Positions 52,475 through 64,000 of a stretch of 64,000 nucleotides of DNA are shown in pieces (position 1 is the first letter of the stretch; each line of letters opens with the position of its first letter). Location: positions 4,164,698-4,228,697 of the forward strand of contig OZ037765.1 of assembly GCA_964035545.1 (NCBI GenBank), given 5' to 3'. The stretch comes from Bugula neritina (taxonomy: Eukaryota; Animalia; Bryozoa). The translations under genes were made by a program, and so were the position numbers. The notes beneath the pieces were generated by a model. It searched no databases. It was not told the DNA's origin and worked only from the letters and a program-made list of their open reading frames with translations.

Positions 52475-55400
52475 AAATGAGTGTTTATAAAACGTTACTA
52501 GAGTGCTCTATAGAAATAAATCTAGAGCAAAAACATTAGAAAAAATAAAATGAGATTTGATTAATATAATGACATTTATTACTAGTAGTTTCGTACACAA
52601 AAACGATGTGCACTCGTCAGATAAATTTGCCACTATGTTTACTATAATATATAGTATATATATAGTGTGAACAAGTATATTATAATCTTTTTAATAATTC
52701 CTTGTGGAGTGTTCATTAACCTGTAGAGTTATCGCCTTATTATTTCAAAAATAAGTTTCTGTTACATCTACTAATACTATTGTCTTGAGATCACATAATT
52801 CACTAAAGATGTTACTTCATTCTCACGTATCTTGTAGAAAGAGGCAAATTAACACCTGAAGATGTTATCATAACAGAAAGTGGGATTCTGAAACCAGAAA
52901 AAGAGAGAATAATTACTGTGTCTGTACCTTCACTTGTGAGTTTATATTTTATCTTTTTCTCAGTTATAGGATTAAGTTGGGGAATATATTTTGAGTGTGT
53001 ACTTTTACTAGTAAGTTTATATTTTATCTTTCTTTCAGTTTTACAATTATACCTATTAGCATTACTATTACTGTGTCAATACTATTTGGGTAGATCTGTT
53101 CAACAATCATAATTAATTTATAATTATAATATTTTCTTAAATTAGGCCTAAAATTATTTAAACTCTTTTACTGTAACAGGAAGCTGATGACTGTGTATCC
53201 AGTGTTACATTAACTCATGGAAGTGGACATTTATCTAATCAGATGAAGACAGGACCATGGAATGTCATTAAACAGCAAGGTGTGACCTTTGAACTGACTA
53301 TTATAGTAGATCTACTAGATGGACATGAGAATACAATATGGCAAGAAGGATACACAACTAGTAATGGTGAGTAGAAGTTATTGCTAGTAGTGTATTATTA
53401 TCTCTCAAGTGGAGATAACTTTTACTCATGCATAGCCTACTATGTAGAAAGTTATATTTAATATAAAAGGATATTTTATGTGTTGCATCTTTACAGGACT
53501 TTACGCTCCATCAAAGATTTCATGTTTTTATGTTGCCTAATTTTATTTGTAAGTATTTCTGTATGTGTGACGATCTTTTCTTTTAATTTAACATTTAATT
53601 TCACATTTTGTCTGGTTGAGCCATATGACTAAGGGACTATAGTATTTGTTTTAAAGACTTTCTATAATGCAACCCAGTTTTTGAGTAACAATTGTAAGTT
53701 TTGTATAAGTTTCACTTTGTAGCACCCAACTCACCAGATGGACTGACAGTTGACACCAGAACTTCTACTTCAGTTACCATCTCCTGGTCTCCAGTAGTTT
53801 ATACAGATAAGATCTACTCTATTCAGCAGTATCAGGTGTGTATTTGCATTGAGCTGTGTTGAATTGTTACACTACTGTCACTTTCATGTTATGTAAGCTG
53901 TAGTAGATTTCATCAAATTCTTAAGTATGTAAGTGATAATAAATTGATCTGTGTTTTTTTTACTCCAATAATAATCTGGAATAAAAATTCCTCAAGAAAT
54001 CTATTTTTTCCTTGGAATTAAATATTCTCACTGTTACAAGAAAAGAGAGCTCAATGATGCATGTTAGAGTTGTGCTAATAATTTTATTTGTTGCAGAGTA
54101 ATTTCCCCTTGACATGCCAATCTTTTTAAGATTCTCATTCTATGATAAAAACTTGTTTAAACAGGGCAGCTCTCAATATTAGAATATTTGCGTTTTATAC
54201 TGTTTTAATATACAATCACTGGCTATACAGGTAACATGCATCACAACTAACAACACCTTTAATGATAGTGTGACAGTGAACTCAGTGAGTTACTATAACA
54301 CATCTGGCTCTTCTACCACCTCTCTAACTATAGAATCACTCTATAGTCAAGTAGAATACAACTGTACAGTTAAAGCTCTTCTGTCTGAAAATGAGTTTGG
54401 AGAAAGTTCTAGAGAAGTTGTATTCTGGACCAAACCTGGAGGTAAAGGATTTTAAAGCTGCAGTTTGCTTTAACTTTTAGCCAAATACATCTGGGTTTTA
54501 ATAACTAGTGTTTAAAGCGCATTAAATAGTCTGCAAAAGCTTTAGTTAGTTGTGGGAAGATGCCATTAGTTAACAATATACCCAATAAAAATGTGTTATT
54601 TTAGAGCCAGTGTTGACATACAGCAATGACATTGATACAGTAAGTTCAGGGGAAGAAACCATTACAGTACCTCTACCAAACATCACACCATCTGATGATT
54701 TTCTGAAAGGATATGATTCCATGGTTATTGTTGTTGAAAAGTTGTCATCCAGGAAAAAGAGATCCATTACTATAGATAGAATAGACAATGTGACTGTTTA
54801 TATAACAGCATCATTTCCTGTTACCAACTACTCATCCTCACTTAGTGTTGGTGATAACCAGACATATGGTGGTTACTGGAACAGACCTCTAGACAACCAA
54901 TATTCTTATCACATTGCTGTTGGATTCAAGGCTAAGACTGAAGATGATGTTTTGAAGCTTACCACTATTCCTGGTGCAGAGTCTGTAAGATGTAAGTGTG
55001 TGGCTAAGCATAATGCTTGACTTTATTGTGTGTTCAGATTCTTAGTTGAGGTTTCAGTTGAATTAGAGATCAGTGCACTCACTTGTCTCTGTATATTGAG
55101 ATAGCATGAAGAGATCGTTTACTCATGTATATATTATACAGTGACAGAAGCTCCTCCTAGAAGTACTGAGAAAAGTGTAGCAACAAAACAGGAGCTGAGG
55201 AGCATGCAGGGAGGAATTATTGGAGGTGCCGTCGGAGGACTGACAGCTCTGGTTGTAGTGGTGGTGGTAGTGGCTGTGGTTATGAAGAGACGTAAGAAGT
55301 AAGTAACTTGTAGAACTGTCTCTGTAGTCTGCTGCATCTGGGAGTTGATCAACCAATTAGCAAGCTGTTAGTATGCAGGGAGGGGGCGTATGATGTTAGT

Positions 55401-58400
55401 GGGCTCGTAGCATTTTTTACTGTTCATTTTAGTAAATTATAGTGTAGTGTATAGTATAGTATATACTGCACTATACTATAGTAGAGTATATAGTATAGTA
55501 TAGCCAGAGCTCTTCAACAGGCGACCCCAGGGCCAGATGTGGCTCCACAGCCTACATTTATGTGGCCCTTAAAGACAGAAAGCTAAAATTAGACTTTACA
55601 CATATGTATACATGAATTATAGTAAAAAAAAACACCTTTTAAATGTGTTCTTTCTGCACGGGCTACAAACATGTAGTAACTATTGGGACTTGATGTCTAA
55701 TGATTCATAAAGTTTCTGAATAAAGTATAATTTGAAAAATACTGATACTGTGGCCCTCAACTCCAACTGAATTTTATAATGTGGCCCTCGCCACTGGAAT
55801 ATTCCCTTTCAGTTGCCCCCAGTCTGAAAAGGTTGGACACCTCCTGACTACAGCCTATATTGTACAGTATATTATAGTAGCCTATATAGTATAGCTTTGC
55901 ACGGTATTATATCATATAGTATATAATATAGTGTAGGTCATTGTAGTGTGTAGTATAGTATAGTGTGTAGTATAGTATAATATAGTATAGTGTGTAGTAT
56001 AGTGTACAGCCTAATATATAGTGTAGATAGTAGACAGTATATAGTGAGACTATATTTTCGCAAATTAATTGGTCATCAGAGCAGATAAGTAATATCGATG
56101 CTTAATTTTAAATTTCATAGTTTGTAAGACCTATGAAGGCAAAATTAGACCGGCTTTCTTTACTGATAAGTTTGTTAAATTCAATTTATGTCGAAATTTA
56201 TGTATTAGTTTGCAACTCAAAGTTGTTGTCATGGTCCGTAGTTGGTCATGAATTTTGTTGAATATATATTAGTATTTGTTACATTTTAGCTCAGGTTCTG
56301 AAGATCCTAAACCCCCTTCATTTCATCTAAGCCAACCTGTCTCAGAGAAACCTGGAAGTAAGTATTACTGTAGTGTAGCTTTGTGGATACACTTCAGCTA
56401 GTGAAATGCTTGATTCTCATAATAATGGAGTCACAAATATGTACGTGTAGCTCACAAAGCCATTGAAAAACTTGAGCCAAATCACAAAAAGGCCATTGGT
56501 AGTTTTTGATTGTCATTCCAGTTATTTTTTATAGTTGTACTTTACCTCTGCATAATTAAAGCTTAAAAGTAAAGGTAAAACGATTGAATTTGAAAGATAG
56601 TTGAATATTTCCAAACATGAAAAAATAATTTGTTTTAAAATTTTTCTTCTTATTTAGTGTTGACAAATTTTTACTTCAATTTTGAACAACTTATGTAATT
56701 AAACAGGAAAATTCTTAGCATTTACAGTGGCATTAAACACCTTATAGCTGTATCAACAAAGTAATCTGCAGCAACTAGGAAAAATTGAATTAGGATTTTT
56801 AATAAATGATCATCTTAACTGTTAATAGCTTTTTACAAGGGTAAATCATGATTCTCAATTTTTTTTTTCTCAGGATCTACGATTGTACACCATTATTGTA
56901 TGTTTATCTGTCTTATAGAAGCCCCTAAGCCTGCAGGTAGTGCTGCACCTCCTTCTACAGTACCTGAACCCACAACCCTTGTCAGGGAGAATAACAGTGC
57001 TGGGGGGTCACATGATCAACATACAGACAACATGTATGAGAATACAGCTAAACTAATTCCAGCTGCATCACGACCTCTGCTCATTCCACAACTTCACTCA
57101 ACTATCAGTGCGGAAATCAGCACCTTCCAGAAAGACTCTTTCAAAGAAGAGTTTTTGGTTAGTTTTTACAATTTTTAAACTTATTATACACTTTTGATAC
57201 ATAATTAAGGGCTAGAAAATTGGCATGAACTTTACTCATTAGTTAGAAGAACCTGTAGCTGGTAGATGGCATAACTTATTTTTGAATTATTTTCCAATAA
57301 AATTGAATATTTTTCAGCAAATCAAAGCTCCTGCTCTGCCTTGTAAAGTTGGCCAGCTGCCAGAAAATGTGAAGAGAAACAGATTCAAGAATATCATTGC
57401 AGGTAACATTTGGAGATCACATCAAGAGTAGAAAAACTGTTTTTGGGCTCTAAATTCTAAAAGTAAATGGGAATTTGTGAGTTTCTAAAGGGTATTTGTG
57501 TATACAAGTAACAGCTACCTCAAGGTGAAGGTCATGTGACGGTGACTGGCATATTTCTATAGTCTATGAGATACACAATGACATTATACTATCTATTACA
57601 GGGAACCTAATACTTGTAACACACTGTATATTTCAAACTTGTATGTTACTATATATTTCATACTTGTAATATACTATATATTTCATACTAGTAATATACT
57701 ATATATTTCATACTTGCAATATACTATATATTTCATCCTTGTAATATACTATATATTTTATACTAGTAATATACTATATACTTCATACTTGTAATATTGT
57801 AATATTTTTAGCTGATGAAACTCGAGTAAAGCTGAAGGTAGAGGAGTATGACTCAGACTATGTCAATGCCAACTACATTCAAGTACGTCACCATTTATTG
57901 GATACTCTTTCCAGCAATTGTTGAGACGCCCTTTGTTTTTTCAATAGCAACTAAAGTGCATTGGCTACGTGATTGTCAATTCAGATTTAGCTGATTTTCC
58001 TTCATAGTATATTTTCTCAAATGTCTCAAAACCGCATTTTCATAAAAATCTGCAAGTGTGTAGCTTCAAAGTCAATCCAATTCATTGTTTTTCTTAGTAC
58101 TTGTAATTAATTTGCCATCATTATTCAATTTTTTTCATTTTTGTCTTTTTAGACTACTGATCATACACTGTTATAATATTTATCAAGATAATATCATTCT
58201 GAATTATATATTTTAGGATTACCATGGACGTCAGCGGTTTATTGCCTGTCAAGGTACTTTTAGTTTAGGGCCACACGACGCATCTTACAATGAGCGTGAT
58301 GTGCGAGAAATCCCATTTAGCCCAAAAATTGGACAATATTGGACGATTTTCAAACGTCTAACATGCTGAGCAAAAAGCGCGACACGCTTGTGCGACACAG

Positions 58401-60251
58401 TTTGATCTAATTGGCTTATTACCATGTAATATTTAGCAAGCACATTTTTTTATTTTAGTTTACGATTTAACCTCTAGCGAGCTGAATTAAAACAGTTTTA
58501 TATAGTTTGCATTTCCGCTTTTATAATATCTAAATCCGATGATGTAGTTTAAAAACAAACGTCTGTAGGCGAGCAGTAAAGTTTAACGCTAACGTCATGG
58601 ACTAATATTTTTTGCACTCGCAACACATGCACTGTGTGTGGCAGGTCACTAGCGTATATTCTAATGGGATTTCACGCACGTCACGCTTGCCTAAAGCGCG
58701 TCGTGTGGCCCTACATTTATTACTATTACTACATGTATATATATAAATATGTTTTATATATTGTATATGATATATAAAATCTATATAATATTAATGACAT
58801 ATATATATAACATAACTGATGACTAGAATAACTTATTGCTGGGATTTTGTTTACTGAGCTTTATTTTGTTGAGATTATCATATGATTGATATTTTATTAC
58901 AGCTACTCACCTGTTACTCAAAAGTGTCCAATGGTAAAGCTGCATTCATGTTTCCTTGTTGTTATCAGTGCTGCTATTGGTTACTATCTATTAGATTGCT
59001 AGTTGGTCTGCTCTCCTCTGTCCAGTTATTATCTTCTCTTGTTGCGTTAATAATCCAACAATTAATATTGTAATATTTCAACAGGGACATCCATGTGACT
59101 AGGATCTCTATTAATTCTGTGTTTGATTTGATTGGTAAATCAGATATGATATGTTTGTGTCTACTTATTTGGATTACATTCAAGTAGCATACATACCTTG
59201 TAAATCCCTTGTAGTCATACATATAATGTAATGTAATGCTTTTATGGCTGTCACCAACTGACTTGGTACAATCATTTAGGTGCAGTAGTAGAGGAACTGA
59301 GATAGCCTACGTTTTTTAAATTATTTACAGATTTTGGTTTGGGGCGGTGGTTGAATCTTTGCGAGAATATGACTGATCTAGAACACAGGCTTTTCTCAAT
59401 TTCTTCATAACTGCACCTACCACTGTACAATATGGTTCAGTACTCAAGAAATTTAATTTCAACTTTATTCAGAAAAGTATATTATTTTCTGTAGTAAAAA
59501 TATTGTGACTTTAGTAACTGCCGATCTGCCTTCTGGCTCTTTAATTGCTATCAGCAAGAAATTGTTGAATATTTTACTTCAGTTGTTAAATGTGTTGCGC
59601 TATCTTATCCAGTAATAGCCAGCTACTCTCTCTCCCTCTCCCTCTCCCCCCTCTCTCTCTCTCCCCCTCCCCCCTCTCTCTCTCTCCCCCTCCCCCCCTC
59701 TCTCTCTCCCCCTTCCCTCCCCCTCCCCCTCCCCCTCCCCCTCCCCCTCCCCCTCCCCTCTCTCTCTCTCATGTAGGGTTTGGGGTTAAAGTTCCTGAAA
59801 GTACTTATTTTCCTGATCATGAATTAAAAAAATGTAGAAATAAGAGACAGAAACTGACAAAAATTATTCATTTCGATAGGCCTTCAATGCTACTACTACT
59901 AATATATTGCAGGACCAAATGATACGACTCTGGAAGACATGTGGAGACTAATCCATGACTCCGGTACTTCCACTATAGTGATGCTGACTAACCCAGTGGA
60001 GGCCACAAAGGTTGGACTTCCTGTACAGTCTGCTCTGTGTTGTGTGAAATCATCAGCCAGTAGTTGTTAATATTATATGTCTTGTGTTTGTAGAAAAAGT
60101 GTTCAGTTTACTGGCCGGACAGCAGCCAAGTTGGTGTGACCTTTGGAAAGTTCAAGGTCACTCTGATAGAGGAGCAGATGTTTGCGGAATATGTTGTCAG
60201 AAAACTTAAGTATACTTTCAATAAGGTGAGTCAGACTACTACTACTACTAG

Positions 60252-60285
<34 letters not shown>

Positions 60286-60382
60286 GCTACTACTACTACT
60301 ACTACTACTACTACCACTACTACCACTACTTCTACTACTACTATTACTACTGCTACTGCTACTACTACTATTACTACTGCTG

Positions 60383-60461
<79 letters not shown>

Positions 60462-60490
60462 CACTACCACTACTACTACTACTGCTGCTG

Positions 60491-60537
<47 letters not shown>

Positions 60538-63500
60538 GCTGCTGCTACTACTGCTGCTACTACTACTACTACTACTACTACTGCTACTATTACTACTACT
60601 ACTACTACTACTACCACCACTACTACCACCTCCACCACTACCACCTCCACCACTACCACCTCCACCACTACCACCTCCACCACTACCAATATTCCCATTA
60701 TTCCCACTATCCCCATTACTCTCACTATTTCCTCTAGTAATGGTATATATTCCCATCACACTGAGAAATATTTTGGTGATTCAGGTTTCTCGACAAGTAA
60801 AACAGTTCCATTTCACTCAGTGGCCTGACCACGGAGTTCCAACCACCTCAGGACTTCTCAGTTTCCGACACAGAGTCAAGCAAGACATGTCTGCTAGCTA
60901 TAAGCCTGCTATTATCCACTGCAGGTAGGTTGTATCTGCTAGCTATAAGCATGCTATTATTCACTGCAGATAGGTTGTATCTGTTAGCTATAAGTCTGCT
61001 ATTATCCACTGCAGGTAGGTTGTATCTGCTAGCTATAAGCATGCTATTATTCACTGCAGATAGGTTGTATCTGTTAGCTATAAGTCTGCTATTATCCACT
61101 GCAGGTAGGTTGTATCTACTAGCTATAAGTCTGCTATTATCCACTGCAGGTAGGTTGTATCTACTAGCTATAAGCCTGCTATTATTCACTGCAGGTAGGT
61201 TGTATCTGCTAGCTATAAGTATGCTATTATCCACTGCAGGTAGGTTGTATCTGTTAGCTATAGGTCTGCTATTATCCACTGCAGTATAACATCTGTTCAT
61301 ATATTCTATACACAAGAGTGGGATACTTGTAGTGCTGGTGTGGGAAGAACTGGTACATTCATAGGACTGGATATTCTTATAGAAGAAGGTAAGACAACTA
61401 CTTCTGGTGGACAAGATGGAACTGTAGATGTGATGAAATGTGTGTATAATATGAGACTTAACAGGACACAGATGGTTCAGACCCACGTATGTATTATCAC
61501 TCTAATCGTCTGTCTAAAGTTGCGTTTATACCTTTGCTGAAAAACCTACCGAGTTTCAGCTAATAACACTCGTCTGAGTACACCTTTATAGTCTTACTGA
61601 AACTCAGTGAAATCATATTGATGCGGAAGCTTATTTTCTAAAAGTGAAGTCTGACTTGCCTGATGGGTATTTGGTGCCCTTTGAAAACGTTGACAACATA
61701 AAGGCGATAATTGAGAAAGTGTAGACGATGTTATTATGAACATATAAGTACGCCATCTAATCGACAAAGTCATAACTAAATACCGATGTCTGGAAAGAGT
61801 TATAATTCCTTTTTATTATTATTCTGAACTCGGACGATTAAGTTATCACCGCACAAAAATTTTGATGAGTGGATTTTACAATGTGATGCAATTCAGAGAA
61901 ATCTCAACTCGGTTAAATTGAATTTCTGACTGAAAATCTTGAGGGTATAAACGCAACTTCACTCTGCCATCTGTTGCATATGTTGCTATGTGCTATATGT
62001 GTAATTTGATTGTTGATATATAAATATTTTATATATATAATAATATAATTAATTATGGTATCTGATGATATACTGTATTACTAGCTTATATACTGTTTTA
62101 TATGTTCTTATCAATGTAATCTGTATGTTACCAACTGATTAATGTATAATATGCAGTATATCAGTATTTCACTCTATTTTATGGTTCATATTCTAGAAGC
62201 AATACTCTTTCCTCTATGAAATAGTCGCCGAGGCTTTAGACTGTGGAGATACTTCCATCGTCTGCTCCCAATTCTCTGAAACATTACAGAAAATGCGTCA
62301 AGTTTGTCTTTTCTCCTTCTATTTCAAACATATCACATTTTCATCAAATATTTCTGATTACAAGGATGTTTTGTTCTTTTTATATACTTATATTTAGCAC
62401 CCTTCACTCTGTTGGTAATGAATGGATATTATTGGTTGTTAGAGACCTGCTAGAGGTCAGAGGTCAGTGTTAGAGGAACAGTTCAGGATGGTCAACGCTG
62501 CAACAGCTTCTTCCAAGCCCCGTCAGTTAATAAGTCCAAACGCAGTTTCCAAAGAGAATGTTGAGAAGAATCGAGATGAGACAGTTTTACCCAGTAGGTT
62601 CTGGTATTTTCTCATTATGAGTAGTTTTGAAAGTTGTATAAATATACACCTTCATGCTCTGTAAAACTAAGTTATTTGATTTGGTAAGGCAAAGCTATCC
62701 TTTTATTCTACACTATGCTTTAATAGACAGTTTTGTGCTTCTTTATCATACAAGTTGTTTGTCCAATTTCATGTATCTTTGAATCAAAGATACATTAAAT
62801 CAACTAAATCCAAACACATATTTTGACCAATTAGTGTCTATGTAGTCATCACACTGTATCTTACAGCTGAAAGAAACTGCGTCTTTCTGCCATACATTAG
62901 TGACTCACGTAATGGCTACATCAACGCAGTCTACTGTGATGTAAGTTGACTCACTTTTCTTGTTCTGAATAATTTTCAAACACCTGGTACTATGACTATG
63001 CATTCTGTTTGAATAATGGCGCTTTAAAGCAAGTGAATACTATACAGTATGTATGTAACTCTGTACACAGGGCTACCAGAACAGAAGGGGGTTTATTGTG
63101 ACTCAGACTCCTTTGACAGATACAGCTGAAGACTTCTGGCATATGACAGTAGACAACAAGTGCCCTGTTATAGTGTACCTGAATGACTGTCTGGTATGTA
63201 GATACCATGTGTGTAGCCCTTCAACCACGTCTGTCTGATGTGCTTTAGTATATTTCTCATTATAAGATCTCTGATGTAACAAGTTTCACAGAGTTGATGA
63301 CATGGATTAGCTTTTAATTCAGCTTATACTACTTTACAATTGTTAATAAGGGTATTTGAAAATGTACAAATATACACAAGTGACTGAAAACTCCAGCAAG
63401 TTTATAGTCACCATCCCTGTGAAAAAATCCTGATGGAAAGGGTTTTGTGTTATTTCGGGCTAAGGACTTATTCAGATGTGGCACAGGAGCAATTATGACT

Positions 63501-63790
63501 GGATGTTTTTCCTAACATCACAAATAACCTTTTCTGAAAATCGAACCCATTACTCCGTGGTTACTAGGGAAACGCTGTAGCTCCTAGATTATGGCTACTT
63601 TCTACACTTGACAGTGAGAGACAATCCTTATATGGTTTCACTTTAGAATGAGAAAGTCTATTGGCCGACCAATGGAGGTGAGATGTTTCAGTTTGGTAAA
63701 GTGAGCATAGAGAATACATATTCTCAGGAAATACTGAATATGGAGACAGGAGGTGGTGTGGAGACTAAGTTGACGTGTACTCATGGGAAT
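47598..63790 (+). CDS. Receptor-type protein tyrosine phosphatase, copy 3 (exons 1-25; truncated by the window end)
   Basis: Exons: 47598-47649, 48625-48879, 49523-49786, 50829-51326, 51744-52061, 52838-52935, 53180-53366, 53723-53835, 54231-54441, 54605-54991, 55142-55298, 56290-56357, 56919-57157, 57318-57402, 57812-57882, 58217-58253, 59913-60010, 60094-60225, 60785-60924, 61333-61486, 62197-62301, 62443-62593, 62867-62940, 63071-63193, 63647-63790. WPDHGVP and HCSAGVGRTG are intact; the exon 5 donor is weak. Confidence 0.9.
50057..50463. mobile_element. Mutator-like foldback MITE with 9-bp TSD
   Basis: Long imperfect TIRs (...AAATGAAGAATATTCAACATGG / CCATGTTGAATATTCTTCATTT...) and the direct repeat ACACTAAAC at 50048-50056 and 50464-50472. 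Confidence 0.75.
52272..52471. repeat. Compound (TG/CG/TA)n microsatellite
   Basis: Directly visible; present in copy 3 only. Confidence 0.9.
58267..58712. mobile_element. TIR MITE (Harbinger-like termini) in intron 16 of copy 3
   Basis: AGGGCCACACGACGC ... GCGTCGTGTGGCCCT plus an inner AAATCCCATT/AATGGGATTT pair. Absent in copies 1 and 2. Confidence 0.75.
59626..59770. repeat. Homopyrimidine CT/CCCCCT tract
   Basis: Directly visible. Confidence 0.95.
60235..60720. repeat. (ACT)n/(ACC)n microsatellite, intron 18 of copy 3
   Basis: Directly visible. Confidence 0.95.
60890..61284 (+). repeat. 45-bp donor-containing tandem repeat, copy 3 (~8.8 units)
   Basis: GT at 60925, 61015, 61105, 61150, 61195 and 61240; mutated to AT at 60970 and 61060. 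Confidence 0.95.
63385..63598 (-). mobile_element. Possible tRNA-derived SINE fragment in intron 24 of copy 3
   Basis: Insert absent from the paralogs. The minus strand starts TAGCCATAATCTAGG...GGGTTCGATTTTC, with A-box/B-box-like spacing. Confidence 0.35.
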
Positions 63791-64000
63791 GTAAGAGATG
63801 GAACAATTTATTTATTACAATTAGTTCTCTTTTATATCACTCATGGTGTCTGTACCTAATAAACCTTATTTTATAATTTTATTGCCTCAGCAGCGTATAA
63901 TATGCATAGTAAGAGTAGTGGATAGCAGCGAAACAACCTTGACCTTGTTAACATTGACACAGCAATTCAATTTTGGGTTTGTTTCTCATGTTGCTACATG

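Overview
AT-rich, intron-rich metazoan genomic DNA, probably from an invertebrate. Almost the whole window is a head-to-tail array of three paralogous + strand genes, each encoding a receptor-type protein tyrosine phosphatase of about 1500 aa from 28 coding exons. The architecture is signal peptide, two PAN/apple domains, an unassigned ~165-aa domain, FN3-like repeats, an RKKR furin site, TM helix, an active-looking PTP D1, a degenerate D2 and a YSNF tail. Copy 1 is 2471-26814, copy 2 is 29455-44958 and copy 3 runs from 47598 past the window end. Ectodomains differ in patches while the phosphatase domains are nearly invariant, and the copies appear mosaic. Intron 6 of copy 1 holds a complete but decayed 7.5-kb Ty3/Gypsy LTR retrotransposon (7723-15252; 309-bp LTRs, ATAT TSD, tRNA-Leu PBS, -1 frameshift signal). 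In the env position this element carries an apparently spliced C2H2 zinc-finger / Arg-Ser-rich gene. A related LTR end lies at 1-120. A 45-bp minisatellite of variable copy number repeats the catalytic-Cys codon together with its splice donor in all three genes. Several MITE-like inserts and microsatellites are copy-specific. All exon models and counts were made by hand from the sequence; no database search was run.
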